Notes under the pieces: model-generated
What the model was told of the DNA's origin: nothing
The model's input: only the letters and a program-made list of their open reading frames with translations
Database searches by the model: none
Assembly: GCA_023411265.1 (NCBI GenBank)
Contig: JAEYOX010000020.1
Coordinates: 4,162 to 68,161, forward strand
Direction: 5' to 3'
DNA: 64,000 nt
DNA from: Bacteroidota bacterium
Lineage (GTDB): Bacteria; Bacteroidota; Bacteroidia; Flavobacteriales; Weeksellaceae
Position numbers and translations under genes: made by a program
In this document: positions 37,087 through 47,408 of the stretch, in pieces
How the letters are laid out: each line of letters opens with the position of its first letter
Numbering within the stretch: the first letter of the stretch is position 1

Positions 37087-38985
37087 CTAAGCCAAAGTGT
37101 AGGTTCTGAAATTCAACATTTTTATTTTCCCCACATCCAACAGCAGAATAATATGCTCGAGAAGTTTCTCTTTGTTACAATATGCCAATTGCATGGAAAT
37201 CTCATCTGCAGTAGCCGGCTGAACACTTAAAATTTTCAATATTTCATCGCTGATGCTTCTTGCTGAACGTTCTTTTTTGGACTCACATACATCGCAGGTG
37301 CCGCAGTTTTCAGCATTTTTTTCACCAAAATAAGTGAGAATCATTTTCATCCTACAATGATCTTTATTTGCAGCATAGAATTTCATTTCCTCCCATTTTC
37401 TGATTTTATTTTTTTGAATCTGTTCAAAAAGATGCCAATATTTTCCACTGAAAGAGCGATCATCCCGAGGCTGAATAAAAGTAATGCTCGATAACGCACC
37501 ATCGATATACTCCACATGACCTGCTTCACGTAGTTCGCGTATTCTTTCCTGTATCAACGGAATCGCTGCTCCTATTTTTCCGCTCAGATTCTGTTCGCTG
37601 AACATCACTTTATGGGTAGAAATTCCCGGAATACAACGCAATAGAAGTTCAATGAAATAAGCATCTTTCTTCGGAAGAAGGTCTATTTCATGAGGCTCCA
37701 ACTTCAGTTCGAGAGAAGAAAGGCTTTTATGGGTATTCAAAAAAACAAGTTCTTGATTGTGGAGAAAATTCAGCACATTTTTGATCTTGGCAGCGGAACA
37801 TTTGGTTGTATTCTGAAGTTGCTGCATAAAAAATTGGTGTGGTTTCTCCGGCCTTTCGCCATCAGCAATTTGGAAAATAGAATAGAGGTACGAAATTATT
37901 TTCAAAAATTCTTTTTTATCAGGAATCTGATTTTTAAGAATATCATCAAACTGAAGAAACTCCTGCACATTCCAGAGCATAAATGCAAAGCTTTCCTTCC
38001 CGTCGCGACCGGCCCTTCCTATTTCCTGATAATAATTCTCCACACTGGCCGGAGCAGAAAAATGAATAATGAAACGCACATTTTCTTTGTCAATTCCCAT
38101 TCCAAAGGCATTTGTGGAAACCAGAACCGCACTTTCCCCTGCAGTCCAGTACTGCTGTCTCTGGTGTTTCTCCCTGGCAGACAAACCTGCATGGAAAAAA
38201 TCTACTCTATTTTTATCACGATTCTTTAGAAATTGAGTCAGTTCTTCAGCCTCTTTTCGGGTTCGGGTATATATAATTCCGGACCCCTTATGGTAACGGA
38301 GCAGATCATAAGTCCACTGATATTTGTCTGATATGGTTTCTGAGAAAATTCGGATATTATCCCGCTGAAAACTCTTTTTGAAAACTGTGGGGGTTTTCAG
38401 TTCCAGTTTCTCAATAATTTCATTGAGTACTTTAGGAGTGGCTGTCGCTGTAAGCGCGAGGCATGGAAGTTGGGGATGATCTTTACGGAATGTTTTAATA
38501 TTCTGATATCCTGGCCTGAAATCCTGTCCCCACTCAGAAATACAGTGAGCCTCATCTACAGCAATAAAGGAGAGTTGGATATCAAAAAGGTGTTCTAGAA
38601 ACAGCGGACTGGAAAGCCGTTCCGGAGAAACATATAAAAGTTTTGTTATACCTTCTCTACATCGGGTATAAATCTCATCTGCTTCAGCTTCATCGAGTTC
38701 TGCGGAAAGGTATTCTGCTTCAATATTCCTGTATTTCAACTGCATCACCTGATCTTTCATTAGAGCAATGAGTGGGGAAACCACCAAACAAGTGCCTTCT
38801 AGAAGAAGAGCGGGAAGCTGATAACATAGTGATTTTCCACCTCCGGTAGGTAATAAGGCAAGAGTATCTTTTCCTGAAACGACAGCATCGGTGATTTCGT
38901 CCTGTAAATCCCGAAACTGATCGTAGCCCCAAAAATGCTGGAGGATTTCCTTTTTTAATTTTTTAAACTCTTGCAGCGAAATCAT
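37087..38985 (-). CDS. recQ: RecQ family ATP-dependent DNA helicase
   Basis: It has Walker A LLPTGGGKSLCYQ, the DEAH box DEAHCISEWGQDFRP and a RecQ Zn-binding Cys cluster (CRMKMILTYFGE...CGTCDVC). I trimmed the start to MISLQEF. Confidence 0.85.
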   Translation of the reverse strand: MISLQEFKKLKKEILQHFWGYDQFRDLQDEITDAVVSGKDTLALLPTGGGKSLCYQLPALLLEGTCLVVSPLIALMKDQVMQLKYRNIEAEYLSAELDEAEADEIYTRCREGITKLLYVSPERLSSPLFLEHLFDIQLSFIAVDEAHCISEWGQDFRPGYQNIKTFRKDHPQLPCLALTATATPKVLNEIIEKLELKTPTVFKKSFQRDNIRIFSETISDKYQWTYDLLRYHKGSGIIYTRTRKEAEELTQFLKNRDKNRVDFFHAGLSAREKHQRQQYWTAGESAVLVSTNAFGMGIDKENVRFIIHFSAPASVENYYQEIGRAGRDGKESFAFMLWNVQEFLQFDDILKNQIPDKKEFLKIISYLYSIFQIADGERPEKPHQFFMQQLQNTTKCSAAKIKNVLNFLHNQELVFLNTHKSLSSLELKLEPHEIDLLPKKDAYFIELLLRCIPGISTHKVMFSEQNLSGKIGAAIPLIQERIRELREAGHVEYIDGALSSITFIQPRDDRSFSGKYWHLFEQIQKNKIRKWEEMKFYAANKDHCRMKMILTYFGEKNAENCGTCDVCESKKERSARSISDEILKILSVQPATADEISMQLAYCNKEKLLEHIILLLDVGKIKMLNFRTYTLA

Positions 38986-39001
38986 GAAGTAAAAATACAA
39001 G

Positions 39002-39032
39002 AAAACAAAAAGCTGCGCAAATAGCGCAGCTT
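39002..39032 (-). terminator. Rho-independent terminator for the ompA-family gene
   Basis: The stem is AAGCTGCGC/GCGCAGCTT with loop AAATA. On the minus strand it is followed by TTTTTGTTTT. Confidence 0.75.
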
Positions 39033-39055
39033 CTTATATTAAAACTGAGTTTAAT

Positions 39056-40489
39056 TTATTTAGCCTCGAAGTACACTCTTCTGTTCGCTCTGTTTTTCCA
39101 TTCAGGACATTTGGTAGCGGGATCACATTCAGGATATTTCAGGTCTTTTTCCCCTCTTCCCACTGCTTCCAGTTTACCTGAGCTTACACCTTGTTGCACT
39201 AAATAATTTTTTACATTGTTTGCTCTTCTTTCTGAAAGTCTCTGATTGTACTCATCACTTGCTCTGGTATCCGTCGCTCCTACTACTCGGTATGAACCTG
39301 CGGAGGAGTTGATGTAATTAACTGCATTGTTCAGAATAGGAGTATTAGCAGGTAATATTCTGTCGGAATCTAAATCAAATTCAATTCCTTCCAGTGTTCT
39401 TGTATTGTCAGTGATAACTCCTCCTGTAGAGGGTGTGGTGGTAGGACATCCGTCATTTTCCACTGGCCCTGGTACGGTTACACACTTGTCGTAAAGATCG
39501 ATTACACCATCAAGATCAGTATCTAACGCTACTCCAGCACCATCCACTCTTGCTCCTGCAGGAGTATCAAGTTGTCTGTCCCAATCGTCGCAGACACCGT
39601 CGTTGTCATTGTCTCCAGACTTACATACTTCAATATCCTGATTTCTTTGATCCAGTACATCCAGTTTGTAATAAACTTCCTGAAGTGGATCATGCCAGAA
39701 AAGGTGAGATTGATGCCTTCCCAAATTGAATGTAAGACCTAAAGTAGTATTGAAGAAGTTGTCAGAAGTTCTTGCTGTAGTTGCTAATCCGTCAAAGGTG
39801 TCATCTCCGGTAATGACATACATTACTCTCCCTTCCAGATCAATGGTATTGTTAATTTTATATTTCAAACCTGCACCACCCTGGCCAAACCACGCAAAAC
39901 CCGGATTAAAAGCTTTCGCCTCGTAGGCCAGCCTTTGCCCGGCCATATCTTCTACATAGGCTCTGTATGCTAGAGTACCAATACCGGCATATCCGTGTAA
40001 GGCCCATCTGTAAGGCGATTTGTTATCTACTCTTCTTAAAAGATTTGAGAAATTAATATCACCTAAAATGGAGATTGCATCGTACTGTGTTCTGCCTGCA
40101 ATAGGCATGGTAGGAGAAGCGTTATCGTTTTTTGTGTTAAACCAACCCTGTCTTGTTTCACCTCTGTCATATTGTAATTTAAGGCCGAATGCGTGAGTAA
40201 TCGCCTTATCAACACTTAGATAAGCAGAATACCCGAACACATCTTTACCTAAACCGTCGCCATCTTTAATAGAAGTTAAAGTTGCTGTTTGAAGAAGAGG
40301 TATACCTGCTCCTACGGAGATAGACCAGTCATTAAATCTTTTTGATTCTTGGGTAAAAGGGTACACATTTGCAGAACCAGAAGAGTACGTATTAGGGTAC
40401 TGATCCGAATACACTGCAACAGAATCTTGCGCAAAAATAGCAGCCGGAAACGCCAGTGCTAACGCAGCAATTGTTGAACTTAGTTTCAT
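39056..40489 (-). CDS. OmpA family outer-membrane protein with thrombospondin type-3-like Ca-binding repeats
   Basis: It has a signal peptide and an N-terminal beta-barrel region. Asp-rich repeats follow (DNDNDGVCDDWD, DTDLDGVIDLYDKC). The C-terminal OmpA domain reads GATDTRASDEYNQRLSERRANNV. Confidence 0.85.
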   Translation of the reverse strand: MKLSSTIAALALAFPAAIFAQDSVAVYSDQYPNTYSSGSANVYPFTQESKRFNDWSISVGAGIPLLQTATLTSIKDGDGLGKDVFGYSAYLSVDKAITHAFGLKLQYDRGETRQGWFNTKNDNASPTMPIAGRTQYDAISILGDINFSNLLRRVDNKSPYRWALHGYAGIGTLAYRAYVEDMAGQRLAYEAKAFNPGFAWFGQGGAGLKYKINNTIDLEGRVMYVITGDDTFDGLATTARTSDNFFNTTLGLTFNLGRHQSHLFWHDPLQEVYYKLDVLDQRNQDIEVCKSGDNDNDGVCDDWDRQLDTPAGARVDGAGVALDTDLDGVIDLYDKCVTVPGPVENDGCPTTTPSTGGVITDNTRTLEGIEFDLDSDRILPANTPILNNAVNYINSSAGSYRVVGATDTRASDEYNQRLSERRANNVKNYLVQQGVSSGKLEAVGRGEKDLKYPECDPATKCPEWKNRANRRVYFEAK

Positions 40490-40680
40490 AATTTAATTAT
40501 TTAAAGTTTATAAATGATCTTTAATTTTGGTTTCTAACTGAGGGTAAAAAAACCTTTTTTTATTTAAACACCTCTCGAAATACAAATACTGTACCTTATG
40601 TCGGTTAACGAAATATTTTTTTTATTTTGAAAAAAAAAGCCTAAAACATGTAAACAATGGTTATTCATACTTTTCTTTAC

Positions 40681-41109
40681 TTACTGGCCATTTTGCACGA
40701 GTTCTGAAATCAAAACTCTTGAAAATTCTCTTTCATAAAGATGCTTTTTATGAGGAATCTGAAGGCTCTGAGACTGAAACACTAAAGTACGAAATTTCAC
40801 AATATCAATATCAATAATTCGATCTTCATATTTCCCAGTTGCAGAACTGTCATTAGTTCTTCCCATCTCAGCTTCTATATTTTTGATAAATGCCAGCAGT
40901 TTTAAAGGTGAAAACTCCGTGGTCGCCAACACGGCTACATTGCAGAATTCATGAGAACTTAAAAACCCGACAGGTGCTGTATAATGAAATTCTGATATTC
41001 TAATGATCCTGCAATACGCCTTTTCTAATCGCTCCAAAGCAATTTTCAGGTTTTTTTTAGGATCACCTAAATTACTTCCGAGTAACAAAAGCACATCATG
41101 CTGCGACAT
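40681..41109 (-). CDS. folK: 2-amino-4-hydroxy-6-hydroxymethyldihydropteridine diphosphokinase
   Basis: It has LLLGSNLGD and RIIDIDIV and is HPPK-sized at 142 aa. Confidence 0.85.
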   Translation of the reverse strand: MSQHDVLLLLGSNLGDPKKNLKIALERLEKAYCRIIRISEFHYTAPVGFLSSHEFCNVAVLATTEFSPLKLLAFIKNIEAEMGRTNDSSATGKYEDRIIDIDIVKFRTLVFQSQSLQIPHKKHLYEREFSRVLISELVQNGQ

Positions 41110-41132
41110 ATAGTAAAATTTAGATTTCAGCT

Positions 41133-42893
41133 ATGAAAAGTTTCTTTAAAAATGTATTAGCAAATATAGTGGCTATTTTCATCATCGGGGTTATATTCTT
41201 CGTGTTTTTTATTTTCATGATCGCCCTTAGTGCAGCAATTGGCGAACCGAAAGTGAATGTAAAGAGTAATTCCGTCCTTACTTTAGACTATAAAACCCAC
41301 ATTATCGACAGCCCCACTGAAGACCAAAAGGGGATTTTCGATTTTAATAATAAAAATAAAAACATTCTTGTCTATGATTTCATAGAAGCCATTCAGAAGG
41401 CAAAAACAGACGACAAGATAAAAGGCATCAGCATAGAAACTGATTTCATAAGTGCCGGTGTCACCCAACTGGATGCCGTGAGAACAGCACTTGAAGATTT
41501 TAAAAAATCCGGAAAGTTTATTTACGCGTATGGAAATATGGTATCGCAGCCTGCTTATTACTTAGGATCGGTTGCGGATCAATATTACCTTCATCCATCC
41601 GGAGGTATCGAACTGAAAGGAATGGCCACAGAAGTAATTTACTGGAAAAGTTTTGCTGAAAAATACGGAATCGGCATCGAGGTTATTCGTCATGGAAAAT
41701 ACAAAGCTGCCGTTGAGCCTTATATGAGAGATGACATGTCAGAAGAAAACCGCGAACAACTTTCTACGCTTCTGAATGACATTTGGAGTACTATTTCCAC
41801 TAAAATTGCCGCTTCCAGAAAAATGGAGCCCAATGTGTTTAAAACAGCTGTTGACAGTCTCTACGGGATTATTCCGGAATTGAGTGTGCACCATAAACTG
41901 GCTGATAAACTGATTCAACAAAGTGAATATGACCAGCTGTTGAAACAAAAACTCAAAATAAATAATGAGAAAGACCTAAACAGAATTTCGGTTTCCAAAT
42001 ACATTGCGGCCAATACAAAAACCAAATCTTCAGGAAAAGACGGGCAAGTGGCCGTGTTGTACGCTTCCGGGCAAATCTTTAACGGAGAAGGTTATCAGAA
42101 TATATACGGCAAAAATTTCGTTGAAGAGATTCAGAAAATTGCCAAAGATGATAAAATAAAAGCAGTTGTGTTCCGGATCAATTCCCCGGGTGGAAGCGCA
42201 AATGCTTCTGACGAAATTCTGTTTGAACTCCAAGAACTCAAGAAGAAAAAACCGCTGATCGTTTCGTTCGGTGATTATGCTGCTTCGGGCGGATACTATA
42301 TGGCGATAGCAGCAGATAAAATTTATTCTGAACCAAATACCATTACCGGTTCCATCGGCGTTTTTGGAATGATTACCTATTTTAAAGATTTGGCCAACCG
42401 CAACGGAATCAACTCATATGATGTGAGCACCAATGCCAATTCGAATTACTATTCTATCATTAACGGAATTTCACCATCTGCTGTAGATATGCTTACTAAG
42501 AGTGTAGAAAGTACGTATAAAAGATTTGTGTATTTTGTAACCCAGAACCGTAAGAAAACATTTGAACAGATTGACGAAGTGGGCGGGGGAAGAGTATGGA
42601 GCGGAACCCGTGCGAAGCAGTTGGGCTTGGTGGACGAACTTGGAAGCTTGCACGATGCGGTACAATTTGCTGCCGATAAAGCTAACCTGAAAGAATACAA
42701 AGTAACAGCTTATCCAAAACAATTGACACAGTTCGAACAGATTTTTAAAGATTTTGAGGAGGAGCAGATCTCTGCGAGATACCTCCGAAAAAAACTGGGA
42801 GATGAGCAATATAAAATTTTTGAACAGATAACCAACCCAAAACTACAGTCGGGCGTGATGATGAGAATGCCATTTAGCATCACCCTGAAGTAA
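41133..42893 (+). CDS. sppA: Signal peptide peptidase SppA, 67K type
   Basis: It has an N-terminal TM segment and two S49 peptidase domains. The second carries GDYAASGGYYMA with the catalytic Ser. Confidence 0.9.
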   Translation: MKSFFKNVLANIVAIFIIGVIFFVFFIFMIALSAAIGEPKVNVKSNSVLTLDYKTHIIDSPTEDQKGIFDFNNKNKNILVYDFIEAIQKAKTDDKIKGISIETDFISAGVTQLDAVRTALEDFKKSGKFIYAYGNMVSQPAYYLGSVADQYYLHPSGGIELKGMATEVIYWKSFAEKYGIGIEVIRHGKYKAAVEPYMRDDMSEENREQLSTLLNDIWSTISTKIAASRKMEPNVFKTAVDSLYGIIPELSVHHKLADKLIQQSEYDQLLKQKLKINNEKDLNRISVSKYIAANTKTKSSGKDGQVAVLYASGQIFNGEGYQNIYGKNFVEEIQKIAKDDKIKAVVFRINSPGGSANASDEILFELQELKKKKPLIVSFGDYAASGGYYMAIAADKIYSEPNTITGSIGVFGMITYFKDLANRNGINSYDVSTNANSNYYSIINGISPSAVDMLTKSVESTYKRFVYFVTQNRKKTFEQIDEVGGGRVWSGTRAKQLGLVDELGSLHDAVQFAADKANLKEYKVTAYPKQLTQFEQIFKDFEEEQISARYLRKKLGDEQYKIFEQITNPKLQSGVMMRMPFSITLK

Positions 42894-42920
42894 AGAACTC
42901 ATTCAACTTCATATTAATAG

Positions 42921-42955
42921 AAATCCCCCGCTGAGCTAGACTCAGTGGGGGATTT
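42921..42955. terminator. Strong hairpin between convergent sppA and the glsB-like gene (no clean T-run)
   Basis: AATCCCCCGCTGAG-CTAGA-CTCAGTGGGGGATT forms a 14-bp stem with one G-T pair. Confidence 0.55.
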
Positions 42956-42981
42956 CATTGGTTTAAAAATACGTTTTTCTG

Positions 42982-43236
42982 TTATCCTCTTCGCGTAGCC
43001 ATTCCGTATAACCATAGAACAATTAAGGCTCCTATAACAGCTAAAATGATGCTCTTGAAGTCAAATTCATCAACTGTTCCCCAGCCAAGTAGTGTTCCAA
43101 TCCAGCCGCCTACGAAGGCACCTACAATTCCTAAAATAATGGTCATCAACCATCCCATGTTCTGGTTTCCAGGCATAATGAGTTTTGCCAGCGCACCGGC
43201 GATTAGGCCGAAAATAATCCATGCTAAAATGCTCAT
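42982..43236 (-). CDS. GlsB/YeaQ/YmgE family stress-response membrane protein
   Basis: 84 aa. It has WIIFGLIAGALAKLIMPG and Gly-rich TM helices. Confidence 0.85.
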   Translation of the reverse strand: MSILAWIIFGLIAGALAKLIMPGNQNMGWLMTIILGIVGAFVGGWIGTLLGWGTVDEFDFKSIILAVIGALIVLWLYGMATRRG

Positions 43237-43357
43237 AGTTTAAAATTTTAATGTTAATAATTTAATTGATGCTTTGGCTATAGCTAAAGTTATACCTTTT
43301 GCCACACGACGAATCAACTCATTAAAATCTTATAACATTGAACCCGAAATTATAAAA

Positions 43358-44311
43358 TCACCTCTTTTTGAAAAACGAATTCACAAATACTTCCCCATTG
43401 AAGAGCTGTAAATCCTGCATTTTTTCTCCTACTCCTATGTATTTTACAGGAATCTGAAACTGATCAGAAATCCCAATCACTACGCCGCCCTTAGCGGTTC
43501 CGTCTAGTTTGGTTACTGCCAGTGCTGTAACTTCTGTGGCTGCCGTAAACTGCTTTGCCTGTTCGAACGCATTCTGTCCGGTAGAACCATCCAGAACCAA
43601 CAGCACTTCATGTGGCGCATCAGGAATAACTTTTTGCATGACTCTCTTAATTTTGGTCAGCTCATTCATCAGATTTACTTTGTTGTGAAGCCTTCCTGCT
43701 GTATCTATAATAACAATATCAGCATTTTGTGCTACTGCACTTTGCACTGTATCAAAAGCAACAGATGCCGGATCCGAACCCATTCCCTGCTTCACGATGG
43801 GCACCCCTACCCTTTCACTCCAGATCACCAATTGATCAACAGCGGCAGCCCGAAAAGTATCGGCCGCACCCAGCACAACATTTTTTCCTTCAGATTTGAA
43901 CTGATGAGCCAATTTTCCGATAGTCGTAGTTTTTCCTACTCCGTTCACACCCACTACCATAATCACATATGGTTTTTTGGAATCATTAATATTGCCGGTG
44001 CCGGCGTGTGGATTTTCCAGAAGCAGCCCAGTGATTTCTTCGCGAAGAATGGCATCCAGTTCATCGGTACCCACATATTTATCACGCGCCACCCGTTCTT
44101 CAATCCGGTCAATAATTTTGATCGTAGTGGCAGCACCTACATCAGAAGCAATCAGAATCTCTTCCAGATCATCTAGTACTTCCTCATCCACCTTGCTTTT
44201 CCCAACAACGGCTTTGGATATTTTTTCGAAAAAACCTTTGCTGGATTTTTCCAGGCCCTGATCCAGAGTTTCTTTCTCCTGTTTGTTAAATATTTTTTTG
44301 AACCAGCTCAT
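43358..44311 (-). CDS. ftsY: Signal recognition particle receptor FtsY
   Basis: It has the SRP GTPase motifs GVNGVGKTTTIGKLA, DTAGRL and TKLDGTAKGG. Confidence 0.95.
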   Translation of the reverse strand: MSWFKKIFNKQEKETLDQGLEKSSKGFFEKISKAVVGKSKVDEEVLDDLEEILIASDVGAATTIKIIDRIEERVARDKYVGTDELDAILREEITGLLLENPHAGTGNINDSKKPYVIMVVGVNGVGKTTTIGKLAHQFKSEGKNVVLGAADTFRAAAVDQLVIWSERVGVPIVKQGMGSDPASVAFDTVQSAVAQNADIVIIDTAGRLHNKVNLMNELTKIKRVMQKVIPDAPHEVLLVLDGSTGQNAFEQAKQFTAATEVTALAVTKLDGTAKGGVVIGISDQFQIPVKYIGVGEKMQDLQLFNGEVFVNSFFKKR

Positions 44312-44353
44312 TCTTTATATTTAGTTAATAATCTCGGCAGTTGATATGTTCTA

Positions 44354-44361
44354 CAAAGATA
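44354..44361 (-). promoter_or_regulatory. -7 element (TAtcTTTG on minus strand) for ftsY
   Basis: Forward caaagata lies about 43 nt upstream of the ftsY start. Confidence 0.4.
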
Positions 44362-44391
44362 AAAAAAAACTACCCAAATCTTGAGTAGTTT
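44361..44391 (-). terminator. Rho-independent terminator of the rpmB-rpmG-DUF4295 operon
   Basis: On the minus strand the sequence reads AAACTAC-TCAAGATTTGG-GTAGTTTTTTTTT. Confidence 0.65.
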
Positions 44392-44411
44392 CATATTGTG
44401 ATGTAGGCAGA

Positions 44412-44564
44412 TTATTTCTTTAAAAAAGCATCCACTTCGTCTACATTCATTACTTTCTCATCAAAAAAGTAAGCTCCAGTTTTTGGAGATTTTACCATTT
44501 TCACGACTTTAGTCATCTTTTTGGATGAACCGTCTTTCAGGGTTGCTACTACTTTTTTTGCCAT
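44412..44564 (-). CDS. DUF4295 family small protein (50 aa; below the ORF-track length cutoff)
   Basis: My hand translation is MAKKVVATLKDGSSKKMTKVVKMVKSPKTGAYFFDEKVMNVDEVDAFLKK. It sits directly downstream of rpmG, the conserved Bacteroidetes arrangement. Confidence 0.7.
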   Translation of the reverse strand: MAKKVVATLKDGSSKKMTKVVKMVKSPKTGAYFFDEKVMNVDEVDAFLKK

Positions 44565-44586
44565 TGTAAAATATCTTTAAAGAGGA

Positions 44587-44769
44587 TTACTTAATTTCTT
44601 TATGAACGGTGTACTTCTTTAGAACAGGATTATACTTTTTCAGTTCCAGTCTTTCAGTAGTGTTCTTTTTATTTTTCGTGGTAATATAACGGCTCATACC
44701 GGCTACACCGCTTTCTTTATGTTCTGTACATTCCAGGATTACCTGCACTCTGTTTCCTTTTTTTGCCAT
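44587..44769 (-). CDS. rpmG: 50S ribosomal protein L33
   Basis: 60 aa. [18 protein letters not shown]...[21 protein letters not shown] is unmistakable L33. Confidence 0.95.
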   Translation of the reverse strand: MAKKGNRVQVILECTEHKESGVAGMSRYITTKNKKNTTERLELKKYNPVLKKYTVHKEIK

Positions 44770-44780
44770 GATTTGATGGG

Positions 44781-45017
44781 TTATTTAATAAATCCGTTTC
44801 TTTTCGCTCTTTCCACTGCTTCTTCGATCCCTACTTTGTTGATCACTCTCAATCCATGAGCAGAAACCTTCAATGTGATGTTCTTCTCTGTTTCCGGAAG
44901 GAAAAATTTCTTTTCTAATAAGTTAATCTCAAAACGTCTCTTCGTTTTGTTATTAGCGTGAGAAACGTTGTTACCAACCATTGCACGCTTTCCTGTTATT
45001 TGGCAAATTCTTGACAT
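44781..45017 (-). CDS. rpmB: 50S ribosomal protein L28
   Basis: [33 protein letters not shown] is the canonical L28 N-terminus, so I trimmed the track ORF to this ATG. Confidence 0.9.
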   Translation of the reverse strand: MSRICQITGKRAMVGNNVSHANNKTKRRFEINLLEKKFFLPETEKNITLKVSAHGLRVINKVGIEEAVERAKRNGFIK

Positions 45018-45112
45018 ATCTCGATGTTCTTTTTTACTACTTATATTTGAGTGTGCAAAATTATAAAGAATTTTCCAGTCACACAAATGTTTTCTCTTTT
45101 ATTTTGAAAAAG

Positions 45113-46774
45113 TTACCGTGTACCCACACGCTTTTTTTGCAATCTCTTTTGAACTTGTTTAATCAATGTATAAAAAATTAAAAACCCGAGAACAAAAATA
45201 GAGATTCTGGAAAGCAGATCTCCTGCTAGAGTATAAAGAGTCTGACCTTCATATAACTGTATTTTGGCAAACAAAGCCGTTTCATCTCCGTATAAAGTAT
45301 CCGCTTCTATCTCCCCTCTTGCATTGATGTGAGCAGATATTCCGCTGTTTGCCGCACGTGCGATTTCTCTTCGTGTTTCTATGGCACGAAGCCGCGCATA
45401 AGACAACAGTTGCTGATGTCCTTGGGTTACACCCCACCAACTGTCATTGGTCATGATAGCAAGAAAATTGGCACCCTTCTTCACATATTCTGTAGTAAAT
45501 TCTCCATAAATACTTTCATAGCAAATAATAGGAGCCAATTTCCCTTTATTGTACGGGTTGCTGAACACTTTTCTTTCGTCATCACTTCCTAGGGAAGCAA
45601 TAGTGCCGCCCAGATTCAGCATCGCATCGCCTAAAACAGGTTTTAGCACGTTAATGTAAGGAAAAATTTCTACCCCCGGAACCAGTTTACCTTTGTGATA
45701 CGCCTCCACTTCGTAACCGGGAATTATTTGGACGCCCGTATTAAATCCCTCTACCCAGCCCTGAGAAACCGAATAAGCGTGGTCTGGTGCTTCCTCCTCA
45801 CTCGTGAACAGAGTATGAGACGAAATTCCGGTTGCAAATACAGCACCAGGCTTTGTGGATAAAAAAGATTTGACACCATTCAGAATGACACTTTCTTGAA
45901 ATCCGGCTTCCGATATGGATCCTCTTCCGGGAAGCGACGTTTCTGGGCCTATGTAATAGTCAATATCTCCTTTTTTAAAGTCTTTCGGTGAATATTGTTC
46001 TGCCAGATTAAGGAGTTCCTGCAAAACTTGAAGGCTGTCTTTCTCGTATTTTTCGGTATAAGGATCGAGTTCCGGCTGTAACATCAAAACACTGACCTGT
46101 CCGACGGGTTTTTCATCAAAACTGTTGTATTTCCACACAGAAATGAGCATCGGCACACAAACTCCCAGAACTAAAATAAATAAATTGAGCAACAGTGGTT
46201 TTCTTTTTCTGCCGGCTTCCCAGATGCGAAGCGTGTAAAACGCATATACATTGACCAGCAGAATCCAGAAACTTCCGCCGGTAGCGCCCAAAGTATCATA
46301 CCATTGTATAAGCATCGGATATTCTGAAAAAACATTTCCCAGATTCAGCCAAGGCCAAGTGAGTTCCCAATTCAAATGAAACTTCTCGAATGCCATCCAG
46401 ATGGCAACAAAAAAAGTAAGCCCCCAGTACGTTCCCTGCATTTTTTTGTACCAGTGATAAAGCATAAAAACAATACTGTAAAGCAATGAATTCACCAGTA
46501 CTGGAAACACCACCGCCATCAGCGCAGGACTGCCGTCAGGATTCTGAGAACCGTACAGCCAGCCGGTGGTTACAATATTCCAGATGATGAAGGTAAGGTA
46601 CGAAAGCCCGAAAATGAGACCGCTTTTCTGGCGAATATTAGAGAATTTCGTTATTTCATGTTCAGCAATCAGCAACGGAACCAGCGCAAAAAATATAAAG
46701 AACGGCACACCGTAGGTAGGCCAGGAAATACTTAACATAAGAGCACTGATCAGGCACAGAAAAAGGTATTTCAT
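45113..46774 (-). CDS. lnt: Apolipoprotein N-acyltransferase
   Basis: It has an N-terminal multi-TM domain and a C-terminal nitrilase-fold domain with the catalytic ICYESIYGEF. Confidence 0.85.
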   Translation of the reverse strand: MKYLFLCLISALMLSISWPTYGVPFFIFFALVPLLIAEHEITKFSNIRQKSGLIFGLSYLTFIIWNIVTTGWLYGSQNPDGSPALMAVVFPVLVNSLLYSIVFMLYHWYKKMQGTYWGLTFFVAIWMAFEKFHLNWELTWPWLNLGNVFSEYPMLIQWYDTLGATGGSFWILLVNVYAFYTLRIWEAGRKRKPLLLNLFILVLGVCVPMLISVWKYNSFDEKPVGQVSVLMLQPELDPYTEKYEKDSLQVLQELLNLAEQYSPKDFKKGDIDYYIGPETSLPGRGSISEAGFQESVILNGVKSFLSTKPGAVFATGISSHTLFTSEEEAPDHAYSVSQGWVEGFNTGVQIIPGYEVEAYHKGKLVPGVEIFPYINVLKPVLGDAMLNLGGTIASLGSDDERKVFSNPYNKGKLAPIICYESIYGEFTTEYVKKGANFLAIMTNDSWWGVTQGHQQLLSYARLRAIETRREIARAANSGISAHINARGEIEADTLYGDETALFAKIQLYEGQTLYTLAGDLLSRISIFVLGFLIFYTLIKQVQKRLQKKRVGTR

Positions 46775-46863
46775 TGGAGAGATTTAAGCAACAAATTTAC
46801 TATTATTAATTCATTTTTGTTCCTCTGAAGTTCCACAGTTTTTCTTTTGCTCGAAATAAAATC

Positions 46864-46871
46864 TATCTTTG
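46864..46871 (+). promoter_or_regulatory. -7 element TAtcTTTG upstream of yjdM
   Basis: The consensus match ends 9 nt before the ATG at 46881. Confidence 0.45.
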
Positions 46872-46880
46872 TAAAAAAGA

Positions 46881-47219
46881 ATGAACATGAGCGAAACAGT
46901 GCTTTGCCCGAAATGTACTTCAGAATTCACCTATGAGCAGGATGGATTTCAGGTATGTTCCCAATGTTTTTATGAATGGAATCCTTCTGAAACACCTTCT
47001 GAAGATAAAATCCTAGACAGTAACGGTAACGAACTTCAGAACGGAGACAGTGCGGTGGTGATCAAAGATCTGCCAGTAAAAGGCGCTCCAAAACCTGTAA
47101 AAGCGGGAACAAAAGTGAAAAACATCAGACTGAGACCAGACAGCGATCATAATATCGACTGTAAAATTGACGGGTTCGGATCAATGGCCTTGAAATCAGA
47201 ATTTGTGAAGAAAGCATAA
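46881..47219 (+). CDS. yjdM: Zinc-ribbon protein YjdM (PhnA family)
   Basis: It has CPKC...CSQC and the C-terminal pattern VIKDLPVKG...GTKVKNIRL...[20 protein letters not shown]. Confidence 0.85.
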   Translation: MNMSETVLCPKCTSEFTYEQDGFQVCSQCFYEWNPSETPSEDKILDSNGNELQNGDSAVVIKDLPVKGAPKPVKAGTKVKNIRLRPDSDHNIDCKIDGFGSMALKSEFVKKA

Positions 47220-47408
47220 AAAAAGGAAATAATTGGACAGAGTTCCGATTCTAAGACTTTCATTGCGCAATGCTAATTTCGAGTCTCCAAGGCAGAAAGA
47301 GAATTAACCAAAAATTTCCTTATTCGTTTGGAACTGCTAAGGTACATATATTTTTGCATATAGCATCACGGTATTAACATGACTTATTAACATACTAACA
47401 ATAACTGA

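Noticed and set aside
37087-38985. RecQ-family helicase as a possible defence helicase.
   Set aside because: It has the standard RecQ architecture (DEAH box, Zn-binding Cys cluster). It is flanked by fmt and ompA in a housekeeping context, with no nuclease or methylase partner.
2546-45086. N-terminal extensions of several track ORFs: 2546..4510, 12544..13209, 13940..14689, 14619.., 15079.., 17012.., 17522.., 27630.., 29572..30495, 30747.., 37087..39000, 44781..45086, 56446.. and 61423...
   Set aside because: Internal ATGs give canonical family N-termini (for example L28 [11 protein letters not shown]). In many cases a TAnnTTTG -7 box lies inside the extension. Some extensions would also overlap the divergent neighbour. 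I trimmed the starts accordingly, and the exact starts remain predictions.
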